NCBI GenBank assembly: GCA_023920165.1
Contig: CP089276.1
Span: 496,001 to 560,000 of the forward strand
Reading direction: 5' to 3'
Length of the DNA: 64,000 nucleotides
Source of the DNA: Curvularia clavata
Lineage: Eukaryota
In this document: positions 38,307-48,030 of the stretch, one piece after another
Layout of the letters: the number at the start of each line of letters is the position of its first letter
Position numbering within the stretch: position 1 is the stretch's first letter
Position numbers and translations under genes: made by a program
Notes under the pieces: model-generated
The model's database searches: none
Seen by the model: the letters and a program-made list of their open reading frames with translations, nothing else
What the model was told of the DNA's origin: nothing

Positions 38307-38753
38307 AATGTTCCTCGCCTCGAGAATGAGCCCCATTGAGTTACCATTCAAGACACTTTGTTTTACCAAAGCGACCGAAAGGCAATCGCATAACCATAAA
38401 CTGGACGAGAAGACCCTCCACACCTAGCACCCTCCATCGTCTCTCTCCTCCTCCAGATCCCTCCACAACCCTTTGCATGCGAGCAAGGTAGCCAACGGAC
38501 TCATGTCATCATCCAGTGTCAGCCCCTCCACCCACAGCGTCGGGAAAGCTTCGAGAAAAAGAGTAGTGGCGGATAAAGACGGAGAGAAGTGCTGTAGTCG
38601 GTAGTGGAAGCCGCGGCTTCTATGGCGGTTCGTTGCTAAAAGTGCGATCGTAGAGATCGTTGTCCGGGGACTTTCTCCCAAAGCATGGGGGAGAGACGCA
38701 GCGAGTGCGCTCTGTACGTGTGCTTCGTTGCGATTCTTCGAGCGAGGAACATT
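38307..38753 (-). ncRNA. NME1: RNase MRP RNA
   Basis: The minus strand carries the MRP CR-I signature GAAAGTCCCCGGAC (about 38675-38662) and the CR-V signature CAATGGGGCTCATTCTC (about 38338-38322), whose CCCC/GGGG form P4. The termini AATGTTCCTCGC and GCGAGGAACATT form a perfect 12-bp P1. Confidence 0.93.
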
Positions 38754-39137
38754 GGAGGAGAAAGCAGGTTTGGTGAGGGAAAGTTTTTAGATGGGTTCGG
38801 GCAATCGTAACGCCGCGCGCTAGGCAGGCTAGGCAGAACTCGGACTGGCGCCTGCAAGGGTGCCTGGAAGCTTTGGTGCAGCCTCTCTTTCTTTGCCAAA
38901 GCGCGTTGGTGGTGAAGAACATAAGAACCAGCGGCGACATCTGACTGCGCAGCAATTCCCGTCACTTTCTTCGAGTCGCAGATACCTCGCCGTATCCCGA
39001 ATTCCGCTCACCAAACGCGTCCGAGTACTCCCACCACTTGACCGCCGCGGGTTACATTGTTGCAGCTCACGCAAAGCTCCACAACAAAACATCACATAGA
39101 CTCGACGTGCGCAACTAGTCAGACGTAATCGGAAGAG

Positions 39138-40340
39138 ATGGCGCTCTTTGGTCAAGCTGCTGCGCCTGCGGCGGCAAGCTCTACAACAGGCGATACCAGC
39201 AAAGATGTCGAAGTACCAGCCGGCCAAGTGCCCAGCGACAGCATATCTGACCTGCAGTTCTCGCCAGCCAACGACTTCCTCGCAGTAGGAAGCTGGGACA
39301 AGAAGGTCTACATCTACGAAGTCAACAACAACGGTGCAATGGGCAAGTGGATGTTTGAATGCCAAGGTCATGTTCTGGGTGTGGGTTGGTCAAAGGTACG
39401 TCTACGAAGGTAACAACCGAATATAATATGAGTGCTAACATGAAGCAGGATGGCACACGCATAGCAGCTGGCGACTCAGCAGGTATGCTCAACATTGTCG
39501 ACTTCCGCACCGCCCCAGCCAACGGTACCGTCCCTGCCCAACAAGCCAAAGCCCACGAGAACGCCATCAAGAGCGTACGTTGGTTCCAAACTGGTGGCAA
39601 GGACTACGTCGCGACCGGCTCGTGGGACAAAACGGTCAAGTTCTGGGATCTGCAGGGCGCTGAACCTGTCGGTACTTTGCAGTGTCAAGAGCGTGTCTAC
39701 AGCATGGATGTTAAGGACCAACTACTTGTCATTGCGACAGCAGAGCGCCACATCCACATGGTCAACTTGACCAACCCAACGACAATCTACAAGACTATCA
39801 CCAGTCCTCTCAAGTGGCAGACAAGAGTCGTTAGCTGCTTCACGGACGCGACTGGTTTCGCTGTTGGCTCCATTGAGGGCCGATGCGCCATCCAGTACGT
39901 TGAAGACAAGGACACCAGGTAAGTAATCTCGATCTCTGGCCCGATGAATTGTGCAATCATCCTAACACGTTCCCAGTCTCAACTTTTCTTTCAAATGCCA
40001 CCGCCAACCCGACCCCAACGCCCGCGACACCGCCAAGGTCTTTTCCGTAAACGCCATCTCCTTCCACCCACAACACGGCACCTTCTCCACCGCCGGCTCT
40101 GACGGTACCTTCCACTTCTGGGACAAAGACGCCAAGCACCGCCTAAAGGGCTATCCCGAAGTTGGCGGTAGCATCGTCGCTACAAGCTTCAGCAAAGATG
40201 GAAACATTTTTGCGTATGCAGTCAGCTACGACTGGAGTAAGGGCTACGGAGGCAACAACCAACAGTACCCTATCAAGATTAAACTTCATCCCATTCTGGG
40301 TGATGAATGCAAACCACGTCCAGGAAGCAAGAAGAGGTAA
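39138..40340 (+). CDS. GLE2: mRNA export WD40 protein Gle2/Rae1
   Basis: MALFG N-terminus, DSISDLQFSP, SWDK, SPLKWQTRVVSCF, GSIEGRCAIQYVE, NFSFKCHR, HGTFSTAGSDGTFHFWDKD, YAVSYDWSKG. Introns 39396-39448 and 39919-39976. Confidence 0.95.
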
Positions 40341-41238
40341 TCCCTACAAAACGTAGGTATATTACTATCTTTTTGCATTTGCTTCCTCTCTCTCTCTCTC
40401 ATTCAGGGCTGTGTGACTATATCGTTGACGGAGGTCTTCTTCAGGACATCGAACGGTAGCAGCTATCATGGTGGTGACGATGTCAACAGGGGTGGTTGTA
40501 ACGGCGGCGGGATTGAAAGTGCAGCACGCGAAAGCAACAAGCGAAAGAGAGGATGTAATTTCCATTCCACCTTCTCTCTTTTCTGCTGTTCACTAACCAT
40601 GGCTCTTGGAAGAAAATGGAGGTTACGCATGTGTGCGCTTTCTTTTCCTGTGCCCCATTGGTTCTCTCTACGCTGTTCTGGGTATATTGTGACATTAGCG
40701 CTCTTTGTGTTTTTTTTTCTTACTTGGAAATGGTAAAATATTTTTGATTGGCATAATGAATATGATTTTCATACTCGTGCTCTTTGCGCCTCCATCTCCT
40801 ACAATCGTTTGTGCAGAATGACTGACAACTCGGAAAATGAGATGTGCAAATTGGAATGTCCAAGTAAAATACAACTGAAGAAATGGGAGTGTTTATCCAC
40901 ATACAAATATGTGAACAGCCTAGAATTCACGTAGCGCCCGAATGTTTTTTTTTGTTTTTTTGAAATTGCCGTTTACTTCATTCGAATCTAAGTGCACTAC
41001 TCGCTAAACATGAAGTGACAGTGGAAAAACCAAGTGTGACTGGCATGATTGTAACCTCCAATTGCGATGCCTAGGGGCTCATGAATTGTGATACATAGTT
41101 CGTATGTAGTCTTTTGTGGCACACAAAGCCCCAAACGCCTGACACCATTTGTACCTACAAACACCAAAACACCTTGCTCATCATAACGATAAATGCTATA
41201 AATGTATGCCATAATTGTAGAACATACTGCTTCATCCT

Positions 41239-43179
41239 TCACGTGTTGGCAACACCAGCAGTGTTCTCTGTGCCCGGGGCATCGACCTTTTGTTTCTTTG
41301 CGTCTGGTCCCTCTGCAGTCGCATTGCCATTTACAGCCATGTTACTGACATCCTGCAACGCCGCCCTCTCCCTCTTGACGCCATTTGGTCCATTTCCATT
41401 GGCAAATGTAGGAGGTTTGTAAGCGCCGCGATTAGCACTGGGGCTCATGGTGAAGTTGGGCGTACTAGGCATACCAATTCGTCGATTAGCATCGAGATGC
41501 GGGTTCACGATGTTCGGACGGTTGAAAGAGCCTGTTGATGTGACACCAGGCCGCTGGGATGCTGGTTGAGGTGCGGGAGGAGCGCCAACTGCTTCGCGTT
41601 TGATAGGTGTGCTACGGGCATGGTCGACGCCAGGAGTTCGTTTATCCTTTGGAATGGGAGATTCTACGTTGGGGTTGAATTGCGGGAGGTTGTTCAATGT
41701 AGGTGTTTCGGCTGTTTGCAGGAGTTCAGCAGCACGGGAGGTAACAAACCCAACAGGTGGCCTTTGATTCGGAGCTGCTGGATTTGCCATAGGCGGCGCC
41801 ACTGCTTGACCTTGTTGTCCCGGACGCTGTTGATTGTGTGATTGCTGCGCATGTGGAGGCATAGGCCTGGAGGGCTGGTTGTTAGGAGCATGCTGATTTT
41901 GCTGTCCAACAGGTCTTGATGCACCTCCGTTCTCTGCGACAGGTGGAGGCATATTTCCGCTATTTTGTACTGGTCGTGTTTGCTGCTGAACCGGCGTCTG
42001 AGGTTGTCGGCCATTTGAAATTTGAGGTGAGGGCCTTCTCGATCCTTGGTTAGACGGATGCTGTTGTTGTGCTACTGGGTGGCCACGGCCGGCTTGGACC
42101 GGCTTGCCATTAGGCTGTCCAGGAGGTCCTGTGTTTCTGACAGGAGAGTTACGACCAGATGATATGCCGTTTGGTTTTGCTAACTCAATGGTGCGTGATG
42201 TTGAAGCTTCAGAAGTAGGAAAAGGCCCTGGCAAAGTAAACTCGTCCCCATGGCCCTCAGAGACATCAACTCCATCAAACAGATTTTCGTCGGTTTCATC
42301 GTCAAAATCAGCTCCAAAAGACTCGTTGCTGAGCTGTTCAGTACGGGTTCGTAGAATCTGATCGGGTCTTGCTGGCGTGTTTTGAGCTTCTTGCTTCACT
42401 ATAGTCTGTGGCTCAGGCCTCGGTAATTGCGGTGCAAAGTCGGCATGTCGATATAGGCTATCTTCCTGGAACTTGACAGGCTTTACCTTCATGGCTTGGA
42501 CCTTTTTGAGGTACTCCTTGTCGTACAAACAATTCCCAAGAACATTACCAAAAGTGCGTAAGGCGCGTTTCAAGCCATCTGTTGCGGCCTCCTTCTTGGC
42601 TTTCTCGAATGATGCAGCTTTGCCTTTGCCGTTTTCTATTGATCCATAGCCAATATCCTAGGAGCGGGTCAGCAAGGCCTGAGTCCAGCAAACGGTTGCA
42701 CGTACTTCGTGATATGTGCCGTCTTTCAGTGTGATCCTCACTACTATCGAGAGCCCAAGGCTCACCTTGCCGTTCTGGTGCTCATCGACCTGCCCTCATT
42801 AGTTTGTGTTTTTGCCACCGGGAATATCAACACATACATAGTCAATCTGGACTTGTCCCAATGAGCTCGACCAGCCATTGAATCCAAAAACCTCGTTCGC
42901 TAGTGCTATTGCTTTGTTCCCCTCCAAATACGCCACTCTACCACCACCATTACCGGGTCGCTGTGATATGTATTCGGGGCCAAGTTGTTTGTTTAGCCTG
43001 CTCTGTAATGTAGCAATTTCTGATGCTGTGAAGCCGTTCACGACGCGCTCTTCGAATGGGTTCTTGACGTTGCCGCCACGGTACTGATCGCCTGGCCTGT
43101 GGTGGGATTAGTCCATGTTTGTTGAATACATACCGGTGCTATCATGAGCATCCGGGGTGTACTTTACATACGCAGGCAT
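41239..43179 (-). CDS. RAD52: DNA repair and recombination protein Rad52/Rad22
   Basis: [86 protein letters not shown]. Three introns. Long disordered C-terminus. Confidence 0.95.
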
Positions 43180-43845
43180 TTTTGTGTTGTCACAATGTGG
43201 CAAACATCAATCGCCGCTCCGATGAGGTTGAGGCCTAGTAGTTGAGGATGACGCGCCGCGCCTGATAGAAGGAACGCGATCGCGCTAGTCCCGCACTCAC
43301 GTGCACACAAGGCAGCATCGCCCGTCGATTACTGCACTAACAATTCCTAACTCGATCGAGATAGTGCATTTGTTTTGGAACGAAGCAGCCTGGTCTCTCT
43401 GCCAAATAGACGTTTGAATTATGTTGTTCACTACAATAGTCCGGTCGCGCTGCTCCTCTGGCATGACTAAAAGAATGAACAGATTCGAAAAGTAAAACAG
43501 CACCTTGTCGTGAGGCAATGAACTGAATGATAGTAGCCGTAGCAGGGTCTTGTGAAAAGTAACGTGATTGCATACGGGATGTCAACATTCATAGGTGGTT
43601 CGTTCCCGTTATGGTACTGCCACATTAGGCATGTCTATGGACATTTGTTTGCATCTATGATACTCTCATTAGAGGGACAAGACCAATAATAATAAGGTAG
43701 CATATTCGACCTGGGAAAATCCTCGCGCGATAACTGGCAGTGCCGAGGCTCGTCCTCTTTAGTCGTTCCTAGGCTGTTGAAAAACGATGTGCCGTGTTTC
43801 GTGCGTAACGTTGTTCCCCGTATCTATAATATGTTGTCGGGTACT

Positions 43846-44670
43846 TCAAGCCGCCTTGCTCCTTCCTGCTGCTTCCAACAACCCAGAGACGGTCGTAATT
43901 CTATACCCCCTTCTCTTCAATTCTGGAAGCACCTTTCTTAGCATCGGAACTGTCCATTCTCTGCGATCATGACAGATGATGATACTCCCAGGCCGTACCA
44001 TACTCAGCACATGCCGTGCGTTCACACTAGGGTAAGCAATCTGCGGATCATGTGGATAGACACTACCCAACACCATCTGGTAATCCATCTCCCTGATCTG
44101 TCTACGCATCCTCGTGCTGAAGAAGCCCGACCCGGGTCGGAAGTATCGTGGCGGGTGCGGCAAATTAACAGCATCATAGGTCCGATTGATGTAACCTTCC
44201 ACTTCTCGGACTTGTGCCTCGAAAGATGCAGGTGTCAATGAGCGGGACGGCTCGTCATGCATTGCATGATTTCCCAATTCCATCCCGGCTTTTACTGCGT
44301 TTTGCAGGGCGGTCTCGCGTCCACCGACCTGGCCACCAATGACAAAGAATGTGGCTTTTGCTTCATTCTCTCCAAGCAGTTTGACGATGTCCATTGTATA
44401 AGTCGAAGGGGCATCGTCGATTGTCAGAGCGATAACCTTGTCCATCTCTTCTCCATTCTGTCGTAGAGCAGAAGCAGGCACGTGCCATAGCACATCTGGC
44501 CACTTTTGTTGGAAATAACGTATCAGAAGATTTGGTGGCTTGTAGATGACGTAGAATGGAAAGACAAAGGTGACCAATACACACAAGGCAGTAATCATTG
44601 TGCAAATGCGTCGCCGGCGTGCAGCGCGCGTGTAGGGCAGGCGGAAGATGCGCAAGGGGAATCGGGGCAT
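43846..44670 (-). CDS. Polysaccharide deacetylase (CE4/NodB) with N-terminal membrane anchor
   Basis: IALTIDDAP, ATFFVIG, ELGNHAMHD, YFRPGSG, GSVYPHD, IIICHD. Transmembrane helix after an Arg cluster. Start assumed at MPRFPL. Confidence 0.88.
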   Translation of the reverse strand: MPRFPLRIFRLPYTRAARRRRICTMITALCVLVTFVFPFYVIYKPPNLLIRYFQQKWPDVLWHVPASALRQNGEEMDKVIALTIDDAPSTYTMDIVKLLGENEAKATFFVIGGQVGGRETALQNAVKAGMELGNHAMHDEPSRSLTPASFEAQVREVEGYINRTYDAVNLPHPPRYFRPGSGFFSTRMRRQIREMDYQMVLGSVYPHDPQIAYPSVNARHVLSMVRPGSIIICHDRREWTVPMLRKVLPELKRRGYRITTVSGLLEAAGRSKAA

Positions 44671-46140
44671 GGTATGCCGTTTCGTAGATGGCTCTCCGGA
44701 TTCAACGAGGACATAATTATCGGGGCTGACGTAGACCTTCCTGTGTGAATGCACAGGCGAAAGTTGGCATGACCGTGAATTGGTATTGGACCAGAAGTGG
44801 TTGGTGGATAAGGTGGTTGAGGGGGCGGTCGCGAGAATGCCAAACATGGTTTAGTGCATGCACGTGCAAGTGTGGATCGCGAATTTCAGCTGGAAAGTTT
44901 TCTGTTGGTGATTTCGAGTTTCCTTGAACCTCAATTCGCAACACGACAACAACTGCATTCCGCCATACCCTCACGTTACCATACGCCCCCTGGCTGGACA
45001 CCCATCGATTAAGTGAGTGGACAGACAGTAGATGAGTCGGCTGTTCGGTGCAGCCTCATTCGCATGCATGGACGACGCACTCTTGAGCTATGTGACCAGT
45101 TCATGAGACGCGTCAACTCCCATCCCATCTTCATTTCCACGGACGAGTGCATAACAACATCATCTCGACCACAATCTTATTCTACATACGTAGCTTCAGG
45201 AACCTATTTGTCACGCTTGTTCGAATAGATCCACCTTCGACATAAGCCCTCTAAGAATGTTCCAAGAATGACACCGTGGACGTTTAATTGACCTGGCTGC
45301 CTCACTTTGCATGGCTACTCAGGTCTCATTGCGTCCATACATATCCGCGGCCAAGGAATGCGCTTCCACCGCTATGGATCAGACACGTTCCGTAGATTAA
45401 ATTGCATGCGTGTTGCATTGCCAAGATGTGGCGTTTGTGATATCTTGCAACGAGCTAATTACAGTAACAGCAAGTAGCGTAGAATGCGCCTCAGGATGTA
45501 CGCCTCAATGTGATTGTGACGATATTGATGCAGGAATTGCATAGTCCCTGCGCTCGTATCAGCATTATCGATTAACAACAATCCTGGTGCCATACGACAT
45601 GCAAAACATCCAATAATCTAGTGAGCTTACATGTTGCGTGACGTTCCCAGATCGTGTATCCACTACCGAATACGTGAATACGTCGAACCGCTTGTCATCT
45701 GTGTCACGGTCCCTGTTTCAACTCGGGTGAGTAGTGTGTAGATCCAAAACATCTCATGCACAAATTCGACCTCGGCCGACTGATCCGAGGCTGAAACTTG
45801 ACAACCATAACGGTTGAAATGCGGCTTGAGATTGTCCACATGCTCTTGTCGCGTAGCAACAAGCTTCTGAAACCCTGTCGATGCAACTCTTAGCGTGCGC
45901 AGTGCAACGAGTTGCAAAATCTCGCGACAGACACCAACAATCCATCCGTAAATGCAAGTCCGCCGACTAGTATCGCATGATTCGAGAACGATGACGGCAA
46001 AAAGCGAGATCAGGAACGGGACGGTGGTTAGCGTTTCATCGGCTGCGTGTTGCCGTACCTAAAGGCCTAGTGTAGCGTTAGATTCGCGATCAGTCCTGTT
46101 CATGTAAAGGCAAATAAGCGCTCGGAGGACTACTGTGTTA

Positions 46141-46705
46141 GTCATGCTAGTCAGAGCGCCGACCACATTCTCGAACATAGAACTTTCGCCTTGTCAAGAA
46201 AGAACGTGAGCAGGGGGTATGGGGTAATCCCCGGCCCACATATGTCAAGTCGGCGATTACCCCTGCTGAAGCTTAGAAGGCAAAACTGTTGTTCCCTGAT
46301 CACATATACTTTATGGATTAAAAGAGTGGCAAGGGTTCGAAAAAATTGGTCCGGAACCCAAGGCAACTGCTTGTTTCTGATCGGTGTGAACGGCTTCTAG
46401 GTACGAATTGAGTAAGCGGGCGTGAAGGAACGGTCTAAGAACAGGGAAGGTTTCGACATGAATAGGGCCGATACCGACGCAAGTGTGTAGAGGCCCGAAA
46501 GGTTGGACTGGGAACGACCTTGATCCGGCCAACGTGGACCATGTTACAAAAGTTCCGCAAACTTGGGTAAGGTTTGCGGGAGGTGACATTGCAGCTCGGG
46601 TAAGCTGACAGGAAAATAATATCAGTTCGTAAACGCGTACTTCCCCTTCGTAGGGTGAGCTTCGGTAGGCCGGAATCAGCCTTCCCAGCATCTGACTAAC
46701 AAGGC
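46141..46705 (+). ncRNA. Candidate large structured RNA element of unknown family
   Basis: Terminal helix 46148-46155/46691-46698, at least six internal hairpins and two crossing long-range helices. G-U pairs are consistent with the + strand. No credible ORF. Confidence 0.5.
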
Positions 46706-47216
46706 CACGACTGAAGAGTGATTTGAGATTGAGATAAGGTTTGGCTGGGATCGGCACATGTACATATGTCATGCATGGCGACAGAGCTGCTGCCCTTGAC
46801 TGACCGCGCAGACTACATACTACAACCCGGGCTGGCCCTGCGTGCTTCCGATGCAGCCGCAGATTTACCGATGGACGTCCTGTGACAAACGCTTCAGTAG
46901 TAGCGTGCTTGTGTTAAGTTTCTTAATGAGAATGTGGGGAGCGGAGTCCGCGGGTTGCCTGACCTGACAGGCTTTGGCGAGCCATGGTGCAACACTGAAA
47001 CACTATGGTTTTGTAGGCTTGGAGAAGACGACATATGGTAGAGCAGAGAGTAAGGTGTGGAGAAGGTATATGTCTTGTATCCAAATGCTACGTGCGTGTA
47101 ATCTTACAAAGTCGTGAATGCATTAAATTGTACACAGGGCTTTCGAAGAGCCCCCTTGCGAACGTCGTCATGGAAGCCTAATGGCCGACTCTTGGTCGGT
47201 AACCGAGATTGTAGGC

Positions 47217-48030
47217 CTACGGGGTCTTAGGTTTCCTTTTCCCAATATCGTATCCCCAGCGCCTAAGCGTCTTGACGACCTTGGGCAGTACGGCGGCAGT
47301 GAGTGGTACGCGGAAGAAGATCAATGATTTATGGACTAGGTAAGCTAGGCCTAGCTGGGTCCAAATAGCTGTAGTTGTTATCAGCCATGGCTGGGTACTG
47401 GCAGCTGAAGGAAAGGGTCGACTTACATGCATCGGCCCCACCATTGTGTCCTACAGCCCTCCCAGCTTCTACATAGCCTTCTCTATCAGTAGCCTCCGCA
47501 ATGTCTTCGCCTGCACTTGCTTCGGCTGGTTTTCTACCTGCATTTGGGAGGACTAGGCGTACAACACTCCAAAGAGCATCCTTTATGACTTCTTCATAGT
47601 GGCCAATTCTATCGGTTCCGAGCAGGCGCACTGCTAAGAAGCAAAGGGGGAAGTCAAGGGCCGACAGTCCAAGATACACAGCCAGTGCTGTCCAGCCATA
47701 CTCGCGGGAGAGCTTCTTGAGCCGCTGCGATACCGAAGGAGCCGGTTCTGGGCTGCCGAGGTGGGGTGTAGGGTTATGCGATCCAGTATGGGGCTTGTCG
47801 CTCTTGAAGCGCAGCGAACGGAAGTGGCGGGCTAGGGCTGAGCGCTGATAGCGAAAGAAGAGCAGAGCGGTTTGCTCGAGCGTTCTATTAACAGGGCGCT
47901 GCCGGACCGAGAGTGGTGTGGATGTGAAGAAGTTGCGCAAGAAGGGGAATGCCGGTCGTGCCGTTCGACTTGTGATGGCATTTCCGAAGAGCAGCTGGGC
48001 GGGGCGGACGCGTGGGACGCGTGGCTTCAT
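47217..48030 (-). CDS. DUF1279 (yeast Nat2 / FAM210-like) mitochondrial membrane protein
   Basis: Arg-rich presequence, SQRLKKLSREYGWTALAVYLGLSALDFPLCFLAVR, SIWTQLGLAYLVHKSLIFFRVPLTAAVLPKVVKTLR.WG. Intron 47426-47369. Confidence 0.88.

Noticed and set aside
38424..39099. Several short ORFs between GUK1 and GLE2
   Set aside because: They overlap the RNase MRP RNA gene and its promoter and show no protein features.
46380..46700. Assignment of the structured element as RNase P RNA, group I (IE/IC1) intron, group II intron, SRP RNA, hammerhead or telomerase RNA
   Set aside because: Only isolated short look-alikes (CCGATACCGA, AACAGGGAAGG, TCGTAAACGCG, CTGAAGAG), in the wrong order or without partner elements. 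No TAACCCTAA template seen.
46311..46772. 153-aa minus-strand ORF over the structured element
   Set aside because: No protein motif. The pairing pattern is better explained by + strand RNA structure.
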